The notes below the pieces were generated by a model, which did not search any database, had not been told where the DNA came from, and saw nothing but the letters and a program-made list of their open reading frames with translations. Below, piece after piece: positions 31,196 to 40,503 of a stretch of 64,000 nucleotides of DNA. The position numbers were made by a program, and so were the translations under genes. Positions within the stretch are counted from its first letter, which is position 1; the number at the start of each line of letters is the position of its first letter. The stretch comes from Candidatus Calescibacterium sp. (lineage in GTDB: Bacteria; Calescibacteriota; Calescibacteriia; Calescibacteriales; Calescibacteriaceae): NCBI GenBank assembly GCA_032249135.1, contig JAVVGL010000005.1:1-64000 (forward strand), read 5' to 3'.

Positions 31196-32107
31196 ATGGA
31201 AACCTTACAAATTAGAAAAATGCAGAAAGAAAATGAAATCAAAAATTCAAAAAAGGATAAAATGGAACATAAAAAAAACAGCGTAAAAGAAATTAAAAAT
31301 GTATGTATTATAGGTCTTGGGCAGATCGGAGGTTCAATTGCGGCAAATCTCATCAAAAAAAACTACTACATAATAGGAATATCAAAAAAAGAAAGCACAA
31401 TAAAAAAAGCCAAAGAAAAAGGAATAATAAATGAAGGTTATACAAAACTGAAAAAAGAAGTTTTAGCCAAATCAGATTTGGTCATAGTAGCGACACATCT
31501 TGGATTATATGAAAAAATCCTCCGTTTCCTTCACAAGATAAAATATTCTGGTATAGTTTCTGATGTGGGGAGTGTGAAAAAAATTTTTTATGATTCATGC
31601 AAAAAATATAATTTGAAGTTTGTGGGGGCTCATCCAATAGCTGGCACAGAAAAATCTGGAATAGAAAGCTCTGACCCTAAACTCTTTGAAAATAAAGTCT
31701 GTATAATTTCTGGCTGGTCAGATGAACGATCTAAAAAAATAGTATCTGAGATTTGGAAAAAAATTGGATCAAAAATTATTTTTATGCCTCCAGATGAACA
31801 TGACAAGCTCTTAGCATTTATATCGCATTTACCTCATGTCATTGCTTTTTCAGCAGTAAAATCGGTAGGAAAAGTGAGAAGAGATAAACAAAAAAAGAAT
31901 ATAGTTGGCGGTAGTTTAAAAGATATAACCAGAGTAGCGCAAAGTCCACCCGATATGTGGGCTGATATCTTCGTACAAAATTCAGAAAATATATGCAGAG
32001 CTACAAAAATATTTCAGGAAGAAATCTCAAAGCTTATCAAACTCATAAAATCAAAAAACAGAAATAAAATCAAAAAATATATAAAATCTATCCGTCGTTA
32101 TCTTTAA
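31196..32107 (+). CDS. tyrA: Prephenate/arogenate dehydrogenase (start uncertain)
   Basis: IGLGQIGGS, DVGSVK, HPIAGTE.SG, HD..LA.ISHLPH, DITRVA.S. Confidence 0.93.
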   Translation: METLQIRKMQKENEIKNSKKDKMEHKKNSVKEIKNVCIIGLGQIGGSIAANLIKKNYYIIGISKKESTIKKAKEKGIINEGYTKLKKEVLAKSDLVIVATHLGLYEKILRFLHKIKYSGIVSDVGSVKKIFYDSCKKYNLKFVGAHPIAGTEKSGIESSDPKLFENKVCIISGWSDERSKKIVSEIWKKIGSKIIFMPPDEHDKLLAFISHLPHVIAFSAVKSVGKVRRDKQKKNIVGGSLKDITRVAQSPPDMWADIFVQNSENICRATKIFQEEISKLIKLIKSKNRNKIKKYIKSIRRYL

Positions 32108-32173
32108 AGAGTTAAAAAGTGAGAACAAAAGATAATTCACACTGAAAAAATTAAACTATATTTATTATATAGT

Positions 32174-34003
32174 GTGAAATCAAATAAGAAAAAAATTTTA
32201 AGTTCAAAAGAAAAAATAATAGCGTTGCGAAATTTCCATTATCTTCTTTTCCGTCATTTACTATTTTATATCATAGCCGTAGTACTCATTTCTGTAGCAA
32301 ATTGCAAAGTAGGAAAAGGGGGCGAAGAACAAAAACCCAAAACTCAAAATTTTACCTTTGAGATGATATACACAAAAGGAATAACAGAAATAAATTGCTT
32401 TTCTGTTCAGTTGCTTGAAATTCAAAGAGAAGAGATAATCCCATTTTTATCAGGATTCGTAGTAGTAGATTTTACGAAAGAAAGTAAAGCAAGAGCAAGT
32501 AAAGTTGAATTCAGGGAAATCGGGAGAGAATGGCAAGGTGGTGGAACAGAACCAATAAAAGGAGAGGAAATAAAAATTGATTTGTTCCAAGATAAATTAT
32601 TAGTTTCAATCATATCTCCGGTATTTCCAAAAAATAAAATCTATCTTGAAATGCGCGGATTCACACTCCTTGATCCAACTGAATCTTGTGAAGCAATATA
32701 CAATAATTTCAGAGATTACGGAATTTCTTCTCAAAATATAGCGATAAGAAATGTAGCAATAGGTAGGTCAAGAGTAATAGATCCAAGAAAAGAAAATCAG
32801 GCAAAAGGAATTTTTGCACGAATAACACCACAAAATAGGTTCTCAACTGAACCAGAAAATATAATTATACAGGGGGATGAGTTACCAGAAACCTTTGATT
32901 TCAAAATAGCATATCCGATATTTGTTGAACTTGAAGAAAACACGGAAACTAAAATGAGAAAGTTCATGTTGTGTGGAGGAATAAATCTTGAAACTGAATC
33001 AGTGTTAAGAACATGCAAGATTTTTGATGAGGAAAAGCTTTCTTTTGAAGAGGAAGAAATTCCTATGAATTATCCGAGAGTTTTCGGAAGCGCAACAAAA
33101 CTACCTGATGGAAAAATCGTTGTATCAGGTGGACTATCTTATGATCTAAAACCTATTGGAACATTTGAAATATTCTTCCCAGAACTTGGTTTATTCTTAA
33201 AAACAACGAAAATCATCCCGAGGTTCCTTCATTACACATTTTCAACAGAAAAAAATATAGGGATTGTAGGTGGAGTTGGAAATGATGGTTTGTGGGAAAA
33301 AGACTTGGAAGTTTTCCCGTTGCCTCAAACAACAGAAGGTGAAAGATTTATAAAAGGTTTGTATGTTCTTGATTACGCAGGTAAATTCGGTTCATGCTTT
33401 GCTGAAAATAAAAACTATGTATATATAATAGGTGGTGTAAATTCAAGAAAGGTAGCTCAAATCAAAAAGGAGAGAATAGATCTGGGCACAATTGAAGCAC
33501 AGGAGTTTGAAATTACAAAGATAGCAGATAACGAGATAAAATCTCTCGGAAGTTGTCAAGCAATAGCATTTGAACAGAGAGTAGTGGGAGTTTCAAGTTT
33601 AGGATATATCTTTTCATTCACTGTTGACCAAGGGGAACTGAAATTTCGGGGACAAAAACTCCCAGATCCAGAACAGGGGTTGATAAGAACAAAAAAAGCT
33701 TTCTCGTTCCAGAAAGTATCTGATCTTCAAGCAGTACTCTTTGGCGGAATAGACTATATACAACAAAAAGATAGTCCTTCTTATCCGAAACAAGTCTCTT
33801 CATCTTACGAGCTTTTCGTAATATCTTCAAAGGGAGATATTTTAGGGAAATATAGGTACAGAACAAAGTATCCACGAATTGGAGGGGTTGCTATTTTAAC
33901 ACAAGGAGAATATATTATAATTTTTGGTGGAACAAAAGAGGGGAAATCGGAGGTTGTATTTATAGGAGATTTGAAGCTTTTACAAATGGGAGGAATTTTT
34001 TGA
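32174..34003 (+). CDS. Lipoprotein with C-terminal kelch-like beta-propeller
   Basis: Signal peptide ending SVANC; repeated GG blades (MLCGG, PR..GSATKLPDGKIVVSGG, GIVGG, YIIGG, VLFGG, IIFGG). Confidence 0.7.
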   Translation: MKSNKKKILSSKEKIIALRNFHYLLFRHLLFYIIAVVLISVANCKVGKGGEEQKPKTQNFTFEMIYTKGITEINCFSVQLLEIQREEIIPFLSGFVVVDFTKESKARASKVEFREIGREWQGGGTEPIKGEEIKIDLFQDKLLVSIISPVFPKNKIYLEMRGFTLLDPTESCEAIYNNFRDYGISSQNIAIRNVAIGRSRVIDPRKENQAKGIFARITPQNRFSTEPENIIIQGDELPETFDFKIAYPIFVELEENTETKMRKFMLCGGINLETESVLRTCKIFDEEKLSFEEEEIPMNYPRVFGSATKLPDGKIVVSGGLSYDLKPIGTFEIFFPELGLFLKTTKIIPRFLHYTFSTEKNIGIVGGVGNDGLWEKDLEVFPLPQTTEGERFIKGLYVLDYAGKFGSCFAENKNYVYIIGGVNSRKVAQIKKERIDLGTIEAQEFEITKIADNEIKSLGSCQAIAFEQRVVGVSSLGYIFSFTVDQGELKFRGQKLPDPEQGLIRTKKAFSFQKVSDLQAVLFGGIDYIQQKDSPSYPKQVSSSYELFVISSKGDILGKYRYRTKYPRIGGVAILTQGEYIIIFGGTKEGKSEVVFIGDLKLLQMGGIF

Positions 34004-35145
34004 TGGCTATCAATAATAAGATAAAACTGTTTGCATTTATAGCTTTAAGCTTATCTTTGGGGTACATAGTTTTAGGATGCAAATCTTCCAACAAAAACCA
34101 AACAGCATCTCCCATTTCCGGAATTATAGATTCTTTTTTCCCTCCTAAAAATAAAGGTATTTTTCCAGATGAGCTGCAAATATATGTTATATTGAACCAA
34201 AAACCGGATCCGCAGGGAGTAAGGTTTCTTGTGTGGAGGAACGGAATTCAAATACCGGGAAAAATAATTCAAGAGGAGATAAAAGAACAGGGAAAATATA
34301 AAGTAATCTTTGAACCTACTGAAAAAGAACAGGGAACTTATGTGGTATATTTTAACTATGGGGTAGAAGCTATTTTCTGGACATTTTGGTCAGAAGTAAC
34401 AAGAACAATTCCTTTTTTTCCACAATTTTCATATCCACCACATGGATCTAAAAATTTCCCCCCAGGCAGTAGCATATCAGTATCTTTAAGAAAAGCGATA
34501 AACCCATACACAATAGATGATGAAACAATAAGACTCATAAAGTTAGATATTTCGGGGGAACAAGATTCTATTTTTGATGTATCATATCTCCCAAATTCCT
34601 TGATCTGGTTACCGGATAGAATGGAAGCTTCTTCAAATTACAAGGCGGTGATAACTGGGATTGTTCCACTTATTGAAAACAGTCCATCAACAATACATTA
34701 TGAAACAGGTTTTAGAACGCAGGATCTTGAAAAGCCTTCAATTGTAAGTTGTAATCCAAAATTCTGCACTCTGTCATCTTGTGATGAGGTAAAAGGGGAA
34801 TTCTTTGACATGTGGATAGAGTTCCAAAAAAATGAAGAACTTTTACCCCAATCTGTGCTTGATAACTTTAAGGTATATGTTGATTTACCTTCTGGGACAG
34901 AAATTGTTGATTTCTCAAAAGTTTATGTTTATGATGTTTTCAGCAGAAGCTTAAAACTCATTTTGGAAAAGAACTTGACACCAAAAAGAAGCATCATTAT
35001 ATATCCGAACAAAATTGAAGTCAGATTTGAAGATTTATTACAACCACCATCAACTGTAAGAATTTACATTCTTCCCACACTTTCTGATTCTTCTGGTAAT
35101 CAAATTAACGATTTCTTTTCCTGGTGCATAAAAGTTGTTCCATAA
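34003..35145 (+). CDS. Lipoprotein with Ig-like (Big_5/SbsA-type) domains
   Basis: Lipobox VLGC; SYPPHGS..FPPGSSISVSL...INPYTI; LSDSSGNQI; ATG overlaps the upstream TGA. Confidence 0.62.
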   Translation: MAINNKIKLFAFIALSLSLGYIVLGCKSSNKNQTASPISGIIDSFFPPKNKGIFPDELQIYVILNQKPDPQGVRFLVWRNGIQIPGKIIQEEIKEQGKYKVIFEPTEKEQGTYVVYFNYGVEAIFWTFWSEVTRTIPFFPQFSYPPHGSKNFPPGSSISVSLRKAINPYTIDDETIRLIKLDISGEQDSIFDVSYLPNSLIWLPDRMEASSNYKAVITGIVPLIENSPSTIHYETGFRTQDLEKPSIVSCNPKFCTLSSCDEVKGEFFDMWIEFQKNEELLPQSVLDNFKVYVDLPSGTEIVDFSKVYVYDVFSRSLKLILEKNLTPKRSIIIYPNKIEVRFEDLLQPPSTVRIYILPTLSDSSGNQINDFFSWCIKVVP

Positions 35146-35175
35146 TTTTTTTCTTAGTTTTCTTTCCAATTGATT

Positions 35176-35844
35176 TTAAGCTTTTAAGATTTTATAGAGT
35201 TCAAAAGCATCGGGTTGTCCCGGAGCACTTCCTTCATTTCCTATCTTTCCATAAACAAAAGATGAACCAAAAACAGGTAAAACAATTCTTGATAACAAAG
35301 AAACTTTTGGATCTCCCATACACATAATACATAACAAAGTAGAAGTTTTTTTAAAAGATAGTTTTCTTGTAAATAAAGCAAGATTTACTATTGCTGATGT
35401 TTTAGTTGCAAAAACTGCGACCTTGAAAACATCTCCACCCTCCATCTCACATTGCTCAAACTTTTTTTGAAGAACATTTTCAGATGGAACTCCTTCAAAA
35501 TCGTGAAAAGATAAAATAACCTTTTTCTTTTTTGATTTAGCAGTCGCGACCACATCTTTAAATTCAGGAAGAGAAGATAGCTCTACATCAATAAAATCAA
35601 CTTTATCAAGAAAAGAAAAGTATAAATCTTTTCTTTTTGGTATATATACTCCTCCCTCCTTTTCAGACCTCGCAGTAAATATAATGGGTTTTATTTTTGA
35701 AAATTTTTCTACCGCCTCTTGCGTTCTATCTTGAAGGTAATCTGCTCTCACCTCTAATATATCCACATACTTTTTCAGACCTCTTATATAAGCGGATTGA
35801 ATAGGAAAATAAGTTATGACCCCAACTATTTTTAAATCCTTCAC
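35176..35844 (-). CDS. aroD: Type I 3-dehydroquinate dehydratase
   Basis: DILEVRAD, IFTARSEKEGG, FIDVEL, ILSFHDF, FKVAV, MG, SAPGQ. Confidence 0.92.
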   Translation of the reverse strand: MKDLKIVGVITYFPIQSAYIRGLKKYVDILEVRADYLQDRTQEAVEKFSKIKPIIFTARSEKEGGVYIPKRKDLYFSFLDKVDFIDVELSSLPEFKDVVATAKSKKKKVILSFHDFEGVPSENVLQKKFEQCEMEGGDVFKVAVFATKTSAIVNLALFTRKLSFKKTSTLLCIMCMGDPKVSLLSRIVLPVFGSSFVYGKIGNEGSAPGQPDAFELYKILKA

Positions 35845-35970
35845 AGAAAAATCTTTTTATCCTGCCAAAAAATGAATTATCAAAAACAAAAATAAAAATG
35901 AAAAACTAAAATCAAAAATAAGATAAAAAAAGGTAAAAAGAAAAGGAAAGAAGAAAGAATTGAAACCAAA

Positions 35971-36954
35971 ATGTTGAAACGAAGCATAAAAATGAAAACA
36001 GAGTATGCAGATGACTTGCGAGTAATAGCAGATTTACCGGCTCTCATATTCTTTACGATATCGCTCGGATTTTTTATAATCTTACCACTGCTCATATCAG
36101 ATTATTTTCTTCACATTTTAACGCATGTTGTAATATACTCAATAGGAGTTCTTGGTCAAAACATACTCATAGGATACACCGGACTTATATCTTTTGGTCA
36201 AGCAGGTTTTATTGCTGTTGGAGCATATTCCTTTGCTCATACAGTAAGTAAAATAGGTTTAATCCCTGCAATAATAGTCTCCGGAACTATATCTGCGCTA
36301 ATTGGGGCTATTGTTGGGATACCATCTTTGAGAGTAAAAGGACCTTTTTTAGCTATAATAACTTTGGGATTCTCAATCGCAACATTTCAGATAATTCAGA
36401 ACACACCCCAAATATCTGGTGGAAGAATGGGAATGCACGTACCAAAATCATGGGGAGTAGACTCAGATTTAGAAATATATTACCTATCTTTGATTTTAGC
36501 TTACATTTTCTTTTTTGTAGGATATAGAATAGTAAAATCTCACATAGGGAAAATTTTTGTAGCTATAAGAGATAGTGATATAGCGGCTGAAACTTTGGGG
36601 ATAAATGTAGCAAAATACAAAATATTGAGCTTTGCAATAAGTTCGTTTTACACGGGTGCTATGGGTGGTCTTTATGCCTACTTTATGGGCTATCTTGAAC
36701 CAACGATGTTCCAACTCACAGAATCAATATATATGTTTGCTGCAATTGTTATCGGAGGAATAGGTTCAGTCCTTGGTTCAATTTTCGGTTCAGCATTTGT
36801 GATATCAATTCCACAGATATTCGTTTTTATGAAAGAATATACCCCGCTTATATTATCTATACTCATTATAATTGTAATGATTTTTGAACCACTTGGATTG
36901 TACGGTGTATGGTTAAGAATAAAACTTTATTTTATGAATTTCCCATTCAGATAA
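35971..36954 (+). CDS. livM: Branched-chain amino acid ABC transporter permease (LivM-like)
   Basis: GYTGLISFGQAGF, LRVKGPFLAIITLGF, AIRDSDIAA, VIGGIGSVLG. Confidence 0.88.
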   Translation: MLKRSIKMKTEYADDLRVIADLPALIFFTISLGFFIILPLLISDYFLHILTHVVIYSIGVLGQNILIGYTGLISFGQAGFIAVGAYSFAHTVSKIGLIPAIIVSGTISALIGAIVGIPSLRVKGPFLAIITLGFSIATFQIIQNTPQISGGRMGMHVPKSWGVDSDLEIYYLSLILAYIFFFVGYRIVKSHIGKIFVAIRDSDIAAETLGINVAKYKILSFAISSFYTGAMGGLYAYFMGYLEPTMFQLTESIYMFAAIVIGGIGSVLGSIFGSAFVISIPQIFVFMKEYTPLILSILIIIVMIFEPLGLYGVWLRIKLYFMNFPFR

Positions 36955-36984
36955 GAATGAAAACTAATAGAGTTCTTATGTATA

Positions 36985-37710
36985 ATGATTATGTATAATG
37001 AAGAGATATTGTATAATGAAGAAATATCAGAGCTTGCAGAGAAAATAAAGAAATTAAAAGATATTCCTCACTTTATAGCTTTTGAAGGAGTAGAGGGTTC
37101 AGGGAAAACAACCCAAGCCAAAAATCTTGGAAAATTCCTCAAAAAAATGGGATACAAAGTTTTAATCGTGAAAGACCCGGGAACAACAAAGCTTGGAGAA
37201 AAAATAAGAAAAATCTTAAAATCTGAAACGAAAATAGACACGATTGCGGAACTTTTTCTTTTCCTTGCAGCAAGAAGACAGCTCGTAGAAGAAATAATAA
37301 AACCAGAAATACGAAAGGGGAAAATTATAATATCAGATAGATTTACTCACTCCACATTAGCATATCAGGGCAGGGGAAGACTTACAATTCCTGAAACTCT
37401 CCCCATGCTATGCTTTATCGCAACAGGTGGAGTAGAGCCAGAACTCACAATAGTATTAGATATAAATCCGGAGATAGGACTTGCAAGAGTAAAGGAAAGA
37501 TACCGAAGCCAGATATCAAAAGAAAAAGAAGATAGATTTGAAAAAGAAGATTTAGAGTTTCACAAAAGAATAAGAGAGTATTATATTGAACTTTCAAGTT
37601 ACGATGAAAATGTAGTTTTAGTTGACGCAAGCCAAAACGAATACGAAGTTTTCAAAAACATAATCTATAAACTATACGAATTTTCTAAATCAAAATATGG
37701 TGAAAAATAG
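36985..37710 (+). CDS. tmk: Thymidylate kinase
   Basis: FIAFEGVEGSGKTTQ, ELFLFLAARRQ, SDRF..STLAYQG, DRFE. Confidence 0.96.
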   Translation: MIMYNEEILYNEEISELAEKIKKLKDIPHFIAFEGVEGSGKTTQAKNLGKFLKKMGYKVLIVKDPGTTKLGEKIRKILKSETKIDTIAELFLFLAARRQLVEEIIKPEIRKGKIIISDRFTHSTLAYQGRGRLTIPETLPMLCFIATGGVEPELTIVLDINPEIGLARVKERYRSQISKEKEDRFEKEDLEFHKRIREYYIELSSYDENVVLVDASQNEYEVFKNIIYKLYEFSKSKYGEK

Positions 37711-37825
37711 ATGGAAGAACCGAACCACATTTTATATATTTCTGAATAACGAAAAATATTTATGTATCTCGCTAAATTTTTAGCAATAGATGGTCAAATA
37801 AAATAGAAAGGGGGAGAAAAATAAT

Positions 37826-38242
37826 ATGAAGTTAAAATTTCCTTCTCCGGAGTGGGTTTCAAGATATAAAGAGGAACTTAATGCGGGTCCTTGGAAAGAG
37901 TCGGGGAAAGACTGGACATACGGACCGATATCTTTCGTAATAAAAAAAGATGAGAAGATAGGCATAAAAGAGGATATTTATCTATGGCTTGATATAGATA
38001 GGGGAGTTTGTAGGGAGGCGAAAATAGTTAGCAAAGAAGAAGGAGAGAAAGCTCCTTTTGTGATATATGGTGATTATGAGAGATGGAAACAGATTATAAA
38101 TGGGGAGCTTGAACCAATAAAAGCTCTTGCACAGGGGAAATTACAGCTTAAAGGAAATCTTGCAACTATTGTCAAATTCGTTAAGGCAGCTGAGGATATG
38201 GTAAAAACTGCTCAAAAAGTTCCAACAGAATTTATAGCTTAA
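37826..38242 (+). CDS. SCP2 sterol/lipid-binding domain protein
   Basis: FPSPEW, WKQIINGELEPIKALAQGKLQLKGN. Confidence 0.85.
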   Translation: MKLKFPSPEWVSRYKEELNAGPWKESGKDWTYGPISFVIKKDEKIGIKEDIYLWLDIDRGVCREAKIVSKEEGEKAPFVIYGDYERWKQIINGELEPIKALAQGKLQLKGNLATIVKFVKAAEDMVKTAQKVPTEFIA

Positions 38243-38245
38243 AAA

Positions 38246-38833
38246 ATGAGGAGGGCAACATTAGGAATAGTAAGAGATATTTTTATTGCTTTTGTTCTGG
38301 CTATTTTCATAAGAGCTTTTGCAGTACAGGCTTACAAAATACCATCAGGCTCTATGATACCAACTTTACTCGTTGGTGATTATATTCTCGTTAACCGGCT
38401 TTCATACGGATTGAGAATCCCTTACTACAAGTATATTTTGAGGTGGGGAGAAATAAAAAGGGGTGATATAATTGTTTTTGTGTTCCCAGAAGATCCATCA
38501 AAAGACTTCATAAAAAGAGTTATAGCTCTTCCAGGTGAAACAATAGAAATAAGAAAAAAGAAAATATATATAAATGGTAGAGAAATTGAAGATAAGTGGG
38601 GATTTTTCAGTGATGATTATGTTGGACCTCCGCGGGATGATTTTGGTCCTTTTCAAGTCCCTCAAGGACATGTGTTTGTGATGGGAGATAATAGAGACGA
38701 ATCAAATGATTCAAGATTTTGGGGACCAGTTAATATAGAAAACATAAAGGGAAAAGCTTTCATAATATATTTTTCTTGGGATCCATATGAAAAATCCATA
38801 AGATTCAGTAGAATTTTTTCTATTATAAGGTAA
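38246..38833 (+). CDS. lepB: Signal peptidase I
   Basis: IPSGSMIPTL, FIKRVIALPGE, MGDNRDESNDSRFWG. Confidence 0.97.
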   Translation: MRRATLGIVRDIFIAFVLAIFIRAFAVQAYKIPSGSMIPTLLVGDYILVNRLSYGLRIPYYKYILRWGEIKRGDIIVFVFPEDPSKDFIKRVIALPGETIEIRKKKIYINGREIEDKWGFFSDDYVGPPRDDFGPFQVPQGHVFVMGDNRDESNDSRFWGPVNIENIKGKAFIIYFSWDPYEKSIRFSRIFSIIR

Positions 38834-38846
38834 GTTGGTGATAAGA

Positions 38847-39014
38847 TTACACTTTTACGTATCTTAATTTGTGGTATATTGTTGGTGCTAATCTCTTTCT
38901 GCCCTTTCTTCTTCTCCTCCTTATTATTTCTCTTCCTGAATGAGACGACATTCTTGCAAGAAATCCATGAGTTCTTACTCTTCTTCTTCTGTGAGGTTGG
39001 TATGTTCTTTTCAT
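38847..39014 (-). CDS. rpmH: 50S ribosomal protein L34 with C-terminal extension; missed by the ORF track
   Basis: Translated by hand: [55 protein letters not shown]. Confidence 0.96.
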   Translation of the reverse strand: MKRTYQPHRRRRVRTHGFLARMSSHSGREIIRRRRRKGRKRLAPTIYHKLRYVKV

Positions 39015-39085
39015 ATCATAATTATGAGAATTGATTTATTTGTTTTTTTATTTTTTCAAAAAATTTTTCTTTCTTCATTCTTCTT

Positions 39086-40489
39086 TTATTTTTCAGAGCT
39101 TATTTTTTTCAGAATTCCATCAAATATTGACTGCCACTCTATTTTGTATCCAAGCAAAGAGACAACTTTTTTTGGATCTAAATCTAATTTATGAGCTTGT
39201 AATATTTTTTGAACTTCTGTTATGCTCATTCCTTCTTTTATTTTCTCTTTTATTTCATCTGGGATTTGAATTTGGTGGATTTGATTTTTTTGTTTTGTTA
39301 TTTTAGCATCAGGTATTATCTCCTTTATTTTCTTTATGAGTTCAAGTGAAGGTAATTCATTTTTGAACACTATAACATCATCTGGTAGTTTTATATTTCC
39401 GAAAGATAGAGCGAGTTTTTCGGAAGCCAAAACTATAATTTTTCTTTGTGAGCTCTCCCAGAATTTCTTTAATTTTTCTATTTTCTTTTTTATGTAGTCT
39501 TCTGTCCAGAATCCTGCTATTTCTATGAGAACCTCTTTTCCTTCATCGTTTATCAATTTGAAATCCGGAATAAAAATACCTTCTCTAAAAAATATCGCTT
39601 CTGGTTCTCTTATAAGGTTTAGGTTCGTAAATGCATCTTGAATTATTCTTGATACCTGTTCTTCGTATGATGAATCAAATTTTACATCTTCATCAATTTC
39701 AGGAAAAAACTTTTTGTGTTCTTGATTGAGTTTAAGTATCCCTTTTTCTGTTTCAATTTCTATTTCAAAACCTTTTTTTCTTACTATTTTTGATACAAGA
39801 ATAGAAAGAGAAAGAGAATATTTTGTTGATTCTTTTATCAAAGTTGCAGGTCCGAATACGGAGATCCATCCTTCTTTTGCGGAGTCATACATAAGTCCGA
39901 GCTTTTTTGCGAACCTTATAATGTCTCCTATGTTCTCGCTTACTTTAAAGTTTATCTTGTGAGATAAAAGAGCTATTCCGCATGCGAGCGATAAGTTGTA
40001 GATTTTTGAAATATCTTGAATTGAAATTTCAGGAGCTTTCAGTAAAACTTTGTATGGATTTATATCTCCCCATATTTTGTCTTCTGAGATTTTCATTTGG
40101 AACTCAATTTCTGCCTCTTTAATTATTTTTTCTCTTTCGTCTTCTGTGAGAGCTGGACCTCGCAAGAAAATAAACTTTCTTATCTCTTTTGCGTTCTCCT
40201 CACTTTTTGTAAGTTGTGAAATTTGTGATAAAATATGAACTATGCCTCTTATTTTTTTGTAGTTTGAAAAATCTTCTATTTCTGCTATTTTATCTTTGAT
40301 CTCTTTTAGTTTAAGCCCCTCAGAACTTTTCCACAAATCATAGCATTTTTTTAAGTCTTCATCGTTTTCATCTATGAATTCAGGTTTTATAATTTTCCCA
40401 AATTTGCGGAAATTGAGGAGGTTTTTAGGTAAGATTATAATCTTCTCTGAAATTGGTTTCTCTTGTGAAATATAATCATCAAGGTTCAT
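39086..40489 (-). CDS. DUF790 family (Bax1-like) PD-(D/E)xK endonuclease
   Basis: YNLSL, GL.Y, GPATL...TKY, FDSSYEE, REPE, IPDF, IEIAGFWTEDY.KKK. Confidence 0.85.
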   Translation of the reverse strand: MNLDDYISQEKPISEKIIILPKNLLNFRKFGKIIKPEFIDENDEDLKKCYDLWKSSEGLKLKEIKDKIAEIEDFSNYKKIRGIVHILSQISQLTKSEENAKEIRKFIFLRGPALTEDEREKIIKEAEIEFQMKISEDKIWGDINPYKVLLKAPEISIQDISKIYNLSLACGIALLSHKINFKVSENIGDIIRFAKKLGLMYDSAKEGWISVFGPATLIKESTKYSLSLSILVSKIVRKKGFEIEIETEKGILKLNQEHKKFFPEIDEDVKFDSSYEEQVSRIIQDAFTNLNLIREPEAIFFREGIFIPDFKLINDEGKEVLIEIAGFWTEDYIKKKIEKLKKFWESSQRKIIVLASEKLALSFGNIKLPDDVIVFKNELPSLELIKKIKEIIPDAKITKQKNQIHQIQIPDEIKEKIKEGMSITEVQKILQAHKLDLDPKKVVSLLGYKIEWQSIFDGILKKISSEK

Positions 40490-40503
40490 TCTGGGAAAGC
40501 AAG

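Noticed and set aside
38940-39306. Plus-strand ORFs 38940..39194 and 39031..39306
   Set aside because: They are antisense to the real rpmH and the DUF790 3' end.
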